A DNA stretch of 63,001 bases, the filler included, from Collodictyon triciliatum (Eukaryota), in NCBI GenBank assembly GCA_043381765.1. It is 5 parts of 5 records of this genome, joined end to end, with 100 filler letters (N's around TTAATTAATTAA, not from the genome) between each part and the next. Parts side by side here need not be neighbours in the genome. Positions count along the whole stretch, not along the records: positions 15,275 to 30,435 come from JBHJMP010001708.1; positions 30,536 to 45,696 come from JBHJMP010001709.1; 3 more parts are not named here. The stretch is one strand, 5' to 3'. Of this stretch, positions 23,219 through 43,739 are shown piece by piece. The translations under genes were made by a program, and so were the position numbers. The notes under the pieces were generated by a model. It worked only from the letters and a program-made list of their open reading frames with translations. It did no database searches and was not told where the DNA came from. Position 1 is the stretch's first letter, and each line of letters opens with the position of its first letter.

Positions 23219-26200
23219 GGGAACAAGTCAGGAACTCTGACCAAATTCGCAGAAAATAGAACACATTACACCCCATTTTATGAGTATATGAACACGTTTG
23301 AGTTGTAAATGCAGGAAATGATAGTTTTTGTTGTAAACACATTATTATCAAAAACAACAACAGCTTTGTACTACCAGCGCGACCTCAGCAGAAACAATTT
23401 AAGGATTAGCACCGATATGAGCTGCAAGCCAAGTGTAATACATCTAGTGTATTGTGACTGCCTGCGTGAAGTCGGGATTCTTACATCTAATTTCGACCCA
23501 CAGGTATATCATCATATATTTGCTAATATGCAAAGTCACGGCAGATGCAAATGTGATTGTTCAACATGCATGCGACTAAAACAAACAGATGATGGAAAAA
23601 TAAATTATTGAAAATTTACGAACATTAGACAAATATATACCATTGGCAGGAATTATTATGTTTCTCACACATAACCTATGATACATTTAGGCTAGGTAAG
23701 GTTATTCCGAAGTTGATATAATTTTATGTTTCTCACTATGTATCTTGACTTATCAAAATGATTTAAGCTATTATATACTTATGATTTTCGATTTATTGGT
23801 CTTATATTTAAAAAATTATATTCACAATTTTACAAAGTCAATCTTTAGATTTACCCATTAACATTGTCTTAGGCGTTTATATGTGATAAATACCTGTTGG
23901 TTTTTTTATAAAAAAATACAACTTTGATAAATAAAATAGGAGACGATAACTGTTTTCCGTGATGTTTATAGATAAAGTGTTTATAAATGTTTTCCTATAT
24001 TTATGAAGACTTTTTGTACAATTTTATTTTCATTACAATTATCACCATATTATGTGGACTTTTTAACGTATATTTTCATTGGCATGTAGCTCAGTTCCTA
24101 TTGTTTTATTGTTTAAGGTGTATAGTCAAGGACACAGTCACAGCGTATCATGCCAAATTGAATTTTATTGCCTATATAGTATTTATTTAAAACAATTTGC
24201 TATATTTCGAGATTTTTAGTTGGAGCTGTGAGTTACAGGTACGCAAGGTTGCATCGTTTTGACAGCTTGTTTATCGTGGTAAATCTAGAGCGTATGTATT
24301 GGCTTTGTACAGAATATTTATAAGTAATGTATAAGCATTCCATATAGCATTTATGTAAAGACCACTAATTTTCATGATTATAAAATGTTACTACAAAAAA
24401 CCATATGATAATTACATTCACATAAATGTATGAATAAGATGTATTTCTCTCGACAAAAAAAAACGAAATTCCTTCTAATAGAATTGGCCAGTTTGTTTGC
24501 ATCTATATTTGTCTATTTTCTCAGAGATTACACTGCGTACCGCTGCGTAGCAACCGCATTAGTGACATATAGATTGTGTTTATGTACTATTTCTTAATTA
24601 ATAAACATCCTATTCACATTTTATGTGTATGATACAGTACAAAGTGGCATAGCAGCCCGCAATCATAGGAAATCGTAGAAATATGTAAAGTTCATTTTTT
24701 GATGATGTGACGCGTTTACAAGTCAGAAACTTCTCAATAGTCAGACAGAGATATCATTCAGAACAAAAAAAAAAAAAAAAAAATAAAAAAAAAAAAAAAA
24801 AAAAAAAAATAAACAGAGCCATGAAAACGAAATAAGGGACAAAATTCATCATGAATCTGGCATATATTCCGCATTAAATTTACAATAGCAAATATAACCA
24901 ACACAGAACTAAGCAGATATTGCAGATAAGAAATAAAAAAAAATCAATGAACACGAGCATACAGAACCTGTATAGCTATGTTGCAATTTGTAAAATTACG
25001 CTGTCTTGGACTGAAAATTATCAATTCATTCCTTGGTTTTTTATTATTATTTTTTAGCTTTTCTTTGTGCAGTCTTTATTCACTGCATTATCATTATTAA
25101 GGAAGCGCAAAGTAAAATTTTATTAAGGAAAGGAATTGAAGTATTATGTAACAAGATGTGATTAATGGGTAGAAAAATTAAAAAAAATGACTTGTGGATG
25201 GGGCTCAGAGTTGGTAGTATTAGAAAATAGAATAGTCGTGATGACTTTGTCAAACCAGAATATGTTATTTTTCGTAATGATTCTTCTGTGTTTTTATATC
25301 TTTGACGTATGTTGGTATCAGAAAACAGCAGATGGTTATATGTAAATCATTTAAGAATCCTGCAAATGAAATGCAACAATTGTTTCTCTAGATTATTTTG
25401 CCACCTTTACGTTCTTTATAACTCAGAACCTGTGAGAAGACAGACATATGCAAAGAGGTCGATAAATTGATTAAACCTTGTGTTACATATCTCGTGGAGG
25501 CACAAGAGCCATGTTACAGACCAACACGTAGGGTGCAGTTGCTAAAAACCGACTTTATTTTTCTGCCATTCGGCCCACAAGTAGCACTCATGTGAATGAA
25601 GGCTAGCGACTCAAGACCAAAATTTCCACCATTTTGCACAACTAAAAAAGAAAAAGACAAATATTATGGTGAATATAATCAGATTGTAACAGCCGTATTG
25701 AATGATTCTGTTGCTCAATTCGATCCAGGATGAAATAGCAAGTATCATTGAAGCCAACAACTCCACCATCATGCACAAAATTGCAATATAAAACGAGTAT
25801 TATTGAACGGTGCATAAAAGTCCTGAATATAAAAAAATTATGAGTTTTTCCCCAGATTTGCTGATGTGAAGGTGTTTAGTACCAAATTGCCGGGACTGGG
25901 GAGCAGAAACACAATGGAGCAAGCAAGCAAGTTGCTTACCTTTACTTAAATCCATTTTTAGATTATATGAATACTAATATGAATGCAGTATATCTGCATA
26001 TCGGATAAAATGCACTAACAGTATTTGAGATTACTGAAGAAATTTGATATTCCCATAGAATTGTTGGTTCTCTTCACCGATAAATTAATTCGAGAAAAAA
26101 TATTATGTGATTTGACTAATTACATATCATTTGATTCGGTTACAAACTCTTAACATTTTGTGAAATTTCTCGGTTGATTTTTTGCGTGCTTTGGAACCTT

Positions 26201-26677
26201 CCGGTTTTCCATCGTATTCTATACAATATAAAAAAAAAAGGTTATTCTTATCCTTAATACACACGCTACTCGTAATCGAATAAAGGGAAAAAATCCTAGA
26301 TACACATGTTGGAGCCTGTGATATTGCAACGGAATCTCAACGAGTTATATAATATGTGAGGGCAAATATTGACAAAGCAGAAATACTAACAGATATGTGA
26401 AAAGTGAAACTATTTATTCCGAATGACACTTTTGATATCTCCAGACATTCCATTTCCATTTTAAAGGTCACACCCCTGGGTAAGACTCGATTTTTTTAAT
26501 GTAAATATATATGGTAAGATCAATTATTAAAGGCCATTGGATTCTATCTTGAAGAATAATGCTTTTTATGCTCATTTATAAGCTCGGTGCTTGTGAATTA
26601 GAAACCCCAGTAACATTGGCATGCCTACATGGAACAGGATGAATTGATTTTTTATCAAATGGTCTTTGATATATTAA

Positions 26678-26779
<102 letters not shown>

Positions 26780-26799
26780 CACGCTCGTTCATTCCATAC

Positions 26800-29030
26800 A
26801 GTGCAAATGCCGCTGATACTTTCTTGACCTAATCTCACCCGATTTATCATTTTCAATTACATGTTAAGCAGCCTATCTCATGAATTATTGCAGAGGAGTC
26901 AATCCGCACAGTGATTTAATGGTTAGATTTATGCCAGAAGCACTTCTCTGTCTGAGTAAAATTATGGTCCCGCACGAAAGGGAGGCAGTTCATATATCTG
27001 TTGGTAAATAATTCAGGAAAGAAGGATGCTACCTAATATCCGTTTCCAGACGGTATTTTTCAATATTTTGAGTTAATATTCACCTTGTTGAATGCAAAAT
27101 CTAGTGATTCAAGCTTCAAGAGACTATTAATGGCTTCAGGAATATATTTTAACTATATTGTAAAGATAAGATTAAAAAATATGTGCGATTAAAAAAAGAG
27201 TGAAGAATTTAGTAAATATTTAATAAACGGCATCATAGAAAAAACTAATACCGCATTATGCGAAAGGTCTAAATGAACTATTGAGGTCATGGCAGTAAGG
27301 CAGTCAGGAAAGACATTGAACTGATGAGCGGTAAGATGTTTTTAACTTAACTATCACATAACAGAGGGATTGTGTGATTTTTACCTTGTTGTTCTTCAGG
27401 CATAAATATGTTATATTCGTTAAATGCACAAAGTTTATCTGCAACGCGGCTAGATTCATGCCATAAAAGCTGAGTGCTTGATATCGGATTTGTTTAATAC
27501 AGGGGCTCCAACTTTGGTTGGTCATTCCTGCGTTCTATAATATGTAATATGTTTTTATAAATTGGATTTGCATCGTAGTTGAAGCAGAAACATTTGACGG
27601 AATTATAGGGAACATACTGAATCTAGGTATTGCAGTCGCGAGATGCTATCGGGTGCTTTAAAATCCAGAGAGTGGATTGTCTCCCAACATGGCAGATTGG
27701 AAAATCCTCGATGTACCCTCCTAACCGAGGTACTGCCATCTCCGCTTCTCATATGAAGTTTGGTGAGGCGATGCAATGCCACCAGTTGTTCGGGAAGCTC
27801 TTCAATCTAGAAATTTTTATAGCCACCTTAAATCATAACCATGGTGTTAAAACAAACAAACAAACAAACAAACATACATACAAACAAACAAACAAACAAA
27901 CAAACAAACAAACAAACAAACAAACAAACAAACAAACAAACAAACAAACAAACAAACAAACAAACAAACAAACAAATAAATAAATAAATAAATAAATAAA
28001 TAAACAAATTAATAAATAAATAAAGGAATGAAGAAAAATGAAATAGATACATAAATAGAAAGCATGTTTATGATTCAGAAGATTAATTTTACCAGAGTGT
28101 TAAAAATCGAAAGCTCTCTCAAGCTAGTCAATCCTGATATCTCCGAAGGTAAAAATGAGATTTTGGTGTTTGAAATATCGAGATTTTTCAGGCCAATTAG
28201 TCTTGATACAGACGATGGCACACAAAGAAGTGGATTTAGGTTTATATGCAAGCTGGTGAGACTCGTTAGGCTCCATATCCCTTGAGGTAAACAAGAAATC
28301 TGATTAAGGCCAATATTGAAATCATTTAGCCCTGACAAAGTCGAAATCTCATCTGGGAACGACGATAAGCGGTTGTGATTTACCCGTAATATGGATAAGC
28401 GTGTCAAAAAAGACAGATTGTGTGCTATGAATGAAACATGGTTGCTAGATACATCCAGCTCAATCAACTTGTGAAGGCACCAAACACCAGGAGGCAGAAA
28501 AGAGAGCTGGTTGCATGACAGATTCAGCATCGAGAGATTGACTAGATTGGACACATCTTCTGAAAGTTGCATTATCATGTTGTTTCTCAAGTCTAAGCTG
28601 ACCAACTGACCCAGGTCATATATACCAGGTGGTATTTTCGACAAACACCTGTTAAATGACAGGCTCAAGGATGTGCAGTTTTCAATCCTATGAAACCATC
28701 CTCTGGGCTGGTAGTCTATGCCAAAGTCCTCCAGCCTATTTATGGAGGTGTTCCACCACGGCATTGGAGAGCTCGTGGATGGCAGGAGGTATGTCGATCC
28801 AGACCCCACCGACCTTTTTGGGAGTACAGCTTAAAAAAATAAATGAAAAACATGAAAGAAGGCCTCTGGCAACAAGCGATAATTGTCGGGTAAATGGAGC
28901 AGTTGTTCTAGAGCGAGCTCCAGCAGACGAACCCGTTCTGGGCCTTCTGTCTCTTGTGTTTTATATGATTCGGTAAGGAGAATGGCCTCGTTCATATCTC
29001 CACGGAGTTCATTTGCACACAGAAGCAATC
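26800..29030 (-). pseudogene. Multi-exon LRR gene, probably partly decayed
   Basis: ORF 28075-28809 has ~8 LRRs (LxxLxLxxNxLxxLPxxI). A spliced exon at ~27807-27620 reads IEELPEQLVALHRL...VRRVHRGFSNLPCW. Further degenerate LRRs lie at 27000-27530. An LRR-like segment (IPPAIHELSN) is out of frame near 28790. The core exons could still be functional. Confidence 0.75.
27849..28024. repeat. (AAAC)n/(AAAT)n intronic microsatellite
   Basis: Tetranucleotide runs. Confidence 0.9.
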
Positions 29031-29480
29031 AATATGAACGATGGTCGAAGGAAAACAAGACAGAAGCACGTACTTGGCCAAAGAAAAACAACGAAAAAAC
29101 GAGCGAATAAAAAAAAAATATAGGAAGGCAGACAAGAAAAAAGCCAGCTTCTTTTGATCGCTTGATCTTTTTTGAAGTTCTTCCGATGCTTGGGGCTCAT
29201 CGACCAGCTGGAGGAACGATCGCCAGTCTCGTCACTGTGGAAACGGTAAAGTAAAATACTTGGCCTCCAAAGAGGCACACATCCAGATAAGAAAAGAACA
29301 GAAACAAGAAAACGAGAAGAAAAAAATAGGCACAAACTAAGAATAACTGCATAATCAAAAGTTTTCTTTGAGGCAACCATTTTCATATCACATACAAGGC
29401 AGCCCTTTTTCTTTCTTTTTTTTTTTTAATAATACTTCTCATTAAAAACAAACAAAAAAAACTTCTCGCGTGCTTGATAG

Positions 29481-30101
29481 GCGCTTCTGGAGTGGGTGAA
29501 CTATCATCTGCAAAAAGTGGAACTATGTGCACGAAACACGAAGGAGGATTTAGAGGATGGATTTTTTGTCATCATACTGATAGAAATTATTACGGGCGAT
29601 ATACTGAAGGATTATAATGCCCGGCAATATTCGTGGGTTTTTTGTTTCCTCATTAATTCTCCATTGAAAAATATTTTTCTTTATTGTAATTTAAGTCAAT
29701 TGCTAGCTGAATGTTCTAGAGAAACAAACGTAATTGTTGCTCTGTTTTCCCCATGAAAATGAGATATAGTTTTTTGACAGAACATAACAAAAACAAAATC
29801 ATAGGAGAAATTGATATTTTCCCCTTCATTAACTCACCTTTTAGAGAGTATCCCATCACCCAAGCGGCATTAGTCGAAGAAAACTTCGATGTAATATGCT
29901 ACTGGGCCGACTCTCGAGGCATTGACACTGAACAATACCTATTGCCCAAAAAAAATGTTGACTTTCATGGTAAGATACTGTGTTCCTTGGAAAAAAATTA
30001 ACGTCGACGATTAATGTAAAAAGTTTTTTTTCGTAGCCTTCGTCCAGACGCTTTTGTGGTTTCTCATAGCTTACTCTGTCAATTACCTAGGGAAGATTGG
30101 G
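29481..30101 (+). CDS. Calponin-homology (CH) domain protein, partial (exons ~29481-29632, 29845-29969, 30038-30101)
   Basis: Spliced translation ALLEWVNYHLQK..EDLEDGFFVIILIEIITG..EENFDVICYWADSRGI..FVQTLLWFLIAY matches the CH-domain pattern. Start and 3' end are uncertain. Confidence 0.65.
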
Positions 30102-30435
30102 GTACTTCATTATATACCAGCTCGTTTTAATCAAACATCTACTAAATTCATTTACTAACTCATCAGTGAATTATGTCCATCAAAACTGAATCAGATTTAC
30201 TCTAATCCTTAGAAAACCTCTTTTGTAAGATATCTCAACGCCAAGGATATATTCGAGCAGACTAAATTAAATTTCCCTTTTGATGGTTTGCTCTTTTTTG
30301 TTTCTTTTTTGTTTCTCTTTCATGTTACTTTTTCTTTTTTGTTTCTTTTTTTGTTTCTTTTTTGTTTCTTTTTTGTTTCTTTTTTGTTTCTTTTTTGTTT
30401 CTTTTTTGTTTCTTTTTTGTTTCTTTTTTGTTTCT

Positions 30436-30535
30436 NNNNNNNNNNNNNNNNNNNNNNNNNNNNNNNNNNNNNNNNNNNNTTAATTAATTAANNNNNNNNN
30501 NNNNNNNNNNNNNNNNNNNNNNNNNNNNNNNNNNN
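30436..30535. other. Artificial contig linker
   Basis: N run with TTAATTAATTAA. Confidence 0.98.
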
Positions 30536-31091
30536 AGATAAAAAAGATAAAAAAGATAAAAAAGATAAAAAAGATAAAAAAGATAAAAAAGATAAAAAAG
30601 ATAAAAAAGATAAAAAAGATAAAAAAGATAAAAAAAAAGCGGGTGGTTATGATAGAATTCAATAGGAGAATATTGTGATATTTCAGTGGAGAATAAAGAA
30701 ACTACTTCAGTGTTTGTATGAATGCTTTCACTACTGGCTGGAGCTGTTCTTTGTGGCTTGTAAGTAGGACGAGTGCAACAGCATAGGTAATCAATATCAG
30801 TATGTCTTTCTGTTGTTCAAAAAGAGGCCAATTGAAACGTGGGGGATTCTTTTATTTGGGATTTTTTCTCTTGACTTTTGAGGCAACGAGGTGGTGGAGC
30901 CCAAAAGTATGTTCATAGAAAATCCATCAAAGAGAGAAGGGGGAGACAAGCGAGTGAAATATTCATGTCGAATTATCTGAAAGAGTTATTTACAGATAAT
31001 ATCGATGCTTATTTTTATTTTTTTTATAATTTTTCTCAAGAAATAAAAGGTTGACCAGAACGTTGAAGCCCTTCTTCAGAGCTTGGTACGT

Positions 31092-32905
31092 TTAACGCGG
31101 TCGATTTTGTCCATAAAGCGGACTTGGAACACCCCTAGAAAGAGACGAATCTGATGTGGCCTTCTCTTGGCCATCGCCAAGGAGAGTACCTGATGAGTGT
31201 GACCTTTGTTGAGCACGATCAAGTCTTGATACCGGCGTATGAAGATCGTTGCGTTCACGTATAAATGTGTCCTGTAGGGGTGTCATATTTTTAATTATTA
31301 TTTTTTTTTTAAAAAAAAAGAATAAATAAGAGAATCTCCCAAATTATTTTGTAAATATACTTCGCAAGAGATAAAAAAAAAGATCTTATTTCTTTCTCTC
31401 CTTCATGCATTTTTTTTTTATAAAAAGCATAGTGACGTTTGATATACATATTTTGTATTTACATATTCATGAAGCGGGGGGTTATATCCCAATGATGTGT
31501 GAGAAAAGGAACGACTCTGAGAGGCTCTTTGAGGATGGGCTGCTTTTTGATGGGGCGTGCGCATGGAAGGTATTCTTTCAAGTCCCGAAAAGCTTTTCTC
31601 TCCATCTGTGGGTGTGGTGCTGCCTGCTCTGAAATACCTGCCCTGCGTTTCGTATGTATTTGGGTCTCCGTGTTCATATCTCGGTGACTTTGGGGGGTCT
31701 TGCTTCCCTTGTGGGAGGTACTGGTAAAGGCCAGCTTTTGAATCTTGGCGGTAATGCGGGGCAGACAGGGTTGTATCTGACATGCCAGGATACGAAGGCT
31801 GTGGACTCACCACCTGCCGGCCAGAATAAGAATATTCTAGCTGTTGCTGTCTATGAGGTTGCTGTTGTGGGGGAGTGACTGCAGGTTGTTCTGTCTCGCT
31901 CGGGGCTTGGTGATGTGCTTGGTACGGCGGCTTTGGAATATTTGCCGGCTCCACCGTGATGGAATTTCGCTTGCTCGAGTCGCTTCGAGTCGAGGTAAAG
32001 ACTGACGTAGGGTGGGCACGCAGGTGGGACTCAGTCATACGCTGCTCGCGTCGGCTAAACTTTGGTGGGTTATGTGCAACCATCTTTGTCGGAGATTTAA
32101 TCAACAGGATGGACTCTTCTACATGCAGCGCAGTGGGCTCTTCGACATTTCCTTTGGTGTCACTTGCTTGATGCGTTTGCTTTGGGCCATACAGCGGAGG
32201 GTGGTCGATATAGTGCGGTTGCTTGACCATATGACTTTTCGCATCTGGGTCGGGAAATTTCACGTCGCTATGTGAATTGATAGTGGAGATAGAGCGCCGT
32301 TGTTCAGACGCAGTTGATGTGTACTGAGGGTTGTGTCGCTCGAGTTCGGGAGTGTTGCCGCTGGGCAAGGCCAGGTTTGACATTTTTTCTGTTATTTGGA
32401 CCTGAATCTGATCGGTTTCAGTGGATAAAGACGGGAGTTGGAGTTTACGCGGGGTAGTTGGATGTGGGTCGTACACACTGTCCGAGCTGGATTCTGCAGA
32501 TGGACCAAGATTTTCACTACCCATCAAATGCAGTGTTGGATTGTGTGGTATTTCGAGCTCGTCTGATAAAGATGCCAGACAAGACGTTGTGTTGGGCATC
32601 GACTTGGAGTAAACACTCGAATTTGGTAGGGATGCCGACTGGTGGAGTGAAGGGGATGATATCAGCATTGCATCGAGAGGCATGGATGATTCGGATGTAT
32701 GAGGGGTCAATTCTATTCCTCTCACTGATGAGTTGTCTGTCTGATGGCGAATTTGGGGAGATAACGTTGGCACTGAATTTTGATCTTTACCATGTTCTAT
32801 GTAGGTTTGACCAAGATGTGGCGCTAGCTGATCATTAGCTGATGACTGAGTGTTTGGAAAAATGACACTCACAGGCAGAGGTATGTGAGGAGGAGGCTTT
32901 CCGCG

Positions 32906-32997
<92 letters not shown>

Positions 32998-34967
32998 GAT
33001 GCTGTTGATACTGTTGATGCTGTTGATACTGTTGATGCTGTTGATGCTGTTGATGCTGTTGATGCTGTTGATGATGATATTGTTGTATAGGTTGATTGGT
33101 CTGGCTGAAATTTTGATAGCTCATAGGTTTAACTGAATTATTTGGCTGATATTGATGATGAACAGCTACGCTATGCTGAGAATGTAAAATACTGCTTTGC
33201 AGATTATGAGAGACGTTCGAGGACGCAGGTGCCCTAGTATTGAACTTCTCAGATGGCCGAAAATCAAATGTCGAGTTTGGGGTTATAATTTTAGGGCCGT
33301 GAATAATATCGTATTGGTCTATTTCTTCTTGCTTTGACACCAACATTTCTTGAAAATGAGTGACCTTATGCGATATGAGTCGTAATGCTCTCCTTGATTC
33401 GTCTTTATCGATACCAAACACGAACCAGCGATGTTTTGCCACTTCATACAGCTTAATTCTTTTCTCAACATCCACTTGAAAAAAGCCATCAATTAAAGAC
33501 ATAGTTGTTGGTGACGTGTTGGACATGGAACTATACTTCCCTGACAGAATAGATTCAGTCAAAAGCTCTGGAGTTTCATCAGGGAAAGGGAAGGAACCGT
33601 CAATTATAGTGTACAATATCACACCTAAAGCCCAAACATCAGCAGGTCTTCCATAGTATGGCTCCCCCATTAATATTTCGGGTGCTGCATAGTTCAAGGA
33701 GCCACAATAATTTGATAGTTTGGCTTCTGTCACATACGAGTGACTTAGACCGAAATCAGCGAGTTTCACCTGCATATCCGATGTGACAAGAACATTATCC
33801 AACTTTAGATCCCGATGAATGACGTGATTGGTATGACAATATTGGACTGCATATACAATCTGTCTGAATATCTTTTGTGCTATTTCCATTCGGCAGCCAT
33901 TCTGAGGGGGTTTATAAAAAAAATGAGTGTAATACTATGCAATTTATAATGACATACTTAAAAGTCCACAATTTTTAAAATGATAAATGCACTACTAATC
34001 CCTAGATCAATAAAAGGGGGTTCCTGTAGACAAAGAGATATCGTGTGGAAGACGGGAATGATAGTACCCTAGAAGAAACTGTTGAAAATTACCGGTGCTT
34101 TCTTTTGGAGGTATTCCAAGAGATCTCCTGCGTTGGCATACTCCAGGACAAAAAATATATACTTTTTATGCTCTAATTTCTCAATAAACTGGACGATATT
34201 GGGGTGTTGCATATTCCTTAGAACTCGTGATTCCTAATACAACCAACCAATAAATGATCCAGTCGAACGATTAAACATGCAGCAGAGATAGAAAAGAAAA
34301 AGAAAAAGAAAAAGAAAAAGAAAAAGAAAAAGAAAAAGAAAAAGAAAAAGAAAAAGAAAAAGAAAAAGAAAAAGAAATTGAAGTAGAAATTAAAAAAGAA
34401 AAAGAAAGAAAAAGAAAGAAAAAGAAAGAAAAAGAAAGAAAAAGAAAGAAAAAGAAAGAAAAAGAAAGAAAAAGAAAGAAAAAGAAAGAAAAAGAAAGAA
34501 ATTAAAATTGAAGTAGAAATTGAAATACTTGTTCCATCTGAATCTCTACTTCGGCATCGATGTCTGCTCGCTTGTAAATTTTAACTGCACTCAAATTCTT
34601 CTTTCGTGTATTTTTTGCAAGTTTCACTTTAGTAAACGAACCGTAGCCAAGAAGAGGACCTTAATATAATTGGATGGTAGATGAGTTTGAGATATTCATA
34701 CGTAATTTTAAAACTCAAGAAATTACTTTATATATGATTAATACGTGTTTTTAAGTGTATCTGACGGAGAGAAAAATTTCCGGTGCGAGTGAGAAAAAAA
34801 GTTCACAAAATAAGGCCATTGGCAGATAAGAAAGAAAAATAGAGACAATAATGAAAAAGGACATAGTGGAGACAAGTTTGACCTATTTCGTAGTCCCCTA
34901 TCTTTTTATGGCTTCGGAATAGAAAACCATGAGGAAACTTTTCGTAGGTGTACCTTGGTGAGAGCAT
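31092..34967 (-). CDS. CAMK-like (AMPK-related/MARK-like) Ser/Thr protein kinase with a long disordered polyQ tail
   Basis: Spliced exons give GYGSFTKVKLA, AVKIY, HPNIVQF, LEYANAGDL, HRDLKLDN, DFG, CGSLNYAAPE and DVWALG. The large exon runs ~33902-31460. First and last exons are uncertain. Confidence 0.9.
32905..33075 (-). repeat. Coding (CAA)n / QQH repeat (polyglutamine)
   Basis: (GTT)n on the plus strand inside the kinase ORF. Confidence 0.95.
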
Positions 34968-36489
34968 CTCCAGTATCTTAGATAAATGAATGTTTATTAG
35001 TTCACGCTCTTCCTTTCCATGCTGGAATCAGCAATTTGTTTTTATAAACAGATGCACCTCCCCTTATAAGATAGAAAAAGAAAAAAAAGAAAGAAGAAAA
35101 GAAGAAAGAAGAAAAGAAAAAGAAAAGGAAAAGGAAAAGAAAAGAAAAAAGAAAAGGAATGGAGAAGGAATGGAAAAGGAAAGGAAAAAAGAAAAAGGAA
35201 AAAGGAAAAAGAAAAGAAGAAGAAAAAGAAGAAAAAGAAGAAAAGAAGAAAAAGAAGAAAAGAAGAAAAAGAAGAAAAAGAAGAAAAAGAAGAAAAAGAA
35301 GAAAAAGAAGAAGAAAGAAAAAGAAAAAGAAAAAAGAAAAAAGAAAAAGAAAAAGAAGAAAGGAGAAAGATAATGGAGAGAAGAAGAAAAAAAAGGAGAA
35401 ATGATAACAGTGATCTTGCTTTTCCAACGAGTAGATAATTACTAAAAGAAGTACAGCTACACCCTGTTGTCCGATCACACCAATACTCATCCCGTATGTT
35501 TTACAAGTCTAATATTGTCTCCGTTTTAACCCGTCGTCCACAGGCGCTGGAACAGGCTCTCGGGAGTAGCACTTGGTTCTATGCTCGATTATTTCTGGGT
35601 GCTTTTTCTTTCTTGGTGTGTCTTGTTTTGGAATTTAAAATACTAAACTGCAATGTGGGGATTTGGAGGAAATGAATTTGGATTCACAAAATGTAGCACG
35701 CAGACACCTCACTAACACAAGGAGGAGACGTTTAATCACGAAGGTTGAGAAGTGAAGAAGTAANNNNNNNNNNNNNNNNNNNAATCAAATCAAATCAAAT
35801 CAAANNNNNNNNNNNNNNNNNNNNNNNNNNNNNNNNNNNNNNNNNCAAATCAAATCAAATCAAATCAAAGANAAACACAGAACTCGGTACCACCCTCATC
35901 CAATTTTGGATTGTTATTTCAAAATTTTGAAAGTTCGAATTTCAAGATTTCAAACGGGCAGCCGGAATGCAAGAAGCTGGACAGCAAACAGCAGGCCGCC
36001 GCACACATCAGCACACCCCCAACCCTGAAGCACACAGCAGAGCCCCACCGGCCTCTGAACGCTCGGTAAAGCCTCAGTCAGCGACGCGCACTCTTAGCTC
36101 ATACACCTCCTTAGAATGCCAGCGATTTATTTATTTTTTTATTTTTATTGATCGATTTATTTATTTATTTATTGATTGATTTATTTATTGATTTATTTAT
36201 TGAGTGATTGGTCGGTTGGTTGGTCGGTTGGTTGGTCGGTTGGTTGGTCGGTTGGTTGGTTGGTTGGTTGGTTGGTTGGTTGGTTGATTACTGCGAGGAG
36301 ACGAAAAGTAAACATTACTCTCAAAAAAATAGTTAAGGGAAAAAAGAAGAAAAGAAAGCAGAATAAAGGAATAATGGAAAAAGAAAAAGACAAAAAAGAC
36401 AAAAAAGACAAAAAAGACAAAAAAGACAAAAAGACAAAAAAGAGAAAACAACCTAACTTTCGATAAATGATTTTTCGGTTGTCAGAGGG

Positions 36490-43150
<6,661 letters not shown>

Positions 43151-43739
43151 TTGCCTTTTCCTTGATACTGGTTCTGCAGCCGTGTTGGCAACAAAGCCCA
43201 TCAACCTGCCATCACCACGCTCACCCCAGAAAAATACACTCACACAACCTACCCCCCTCCTCTCAAAAAAAAAAAAAAAATCAAAAGAAAAAGTTGATTC
43301 GCTTCTATTGCTTTTCTCTGCATAACTACACCATCGATTCCCCGCTATTGTTTGTAAATTGGATTTGGAACCATAAATTTGAGCTCCCTCTCGCATCACA
43401 CAACGGCCGCATGGCAGCACATAATCACAGCGGCAAGCAGCAACCCGAGAAAGAAATAGAAGATAAGCTTCCTTGTTGCGTGGCAGTTATATTTTCCACA
43501 AATAGGATTCCTATTCAGGTTCAAACATTCAACTACACCCGGCTTAACGGTTCTGAAGCGAACAGATTGTCCCGGCTGAACAACATAGAAAAACAGGTGT
43601 TGCTTGCGAGGCTGCAATAACATTGGTTGAGAAACACACGCCCGTGCCCGACACCAGGTACCGGAATAGACAAGAAGAGTATCAACGGCTGAATTGTCGC
43701 TCCAATATCTTCACTAGACCTGCTAACGACTCCGCACAA

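Noticed and set aside
34990-35490. Lys/Phe-rich ORFs here and at 15366-15820, 30280-30662, 53010-53630 and 57568-57858
   Set aside because: Translations of microsatellite or poly-purine tracts.
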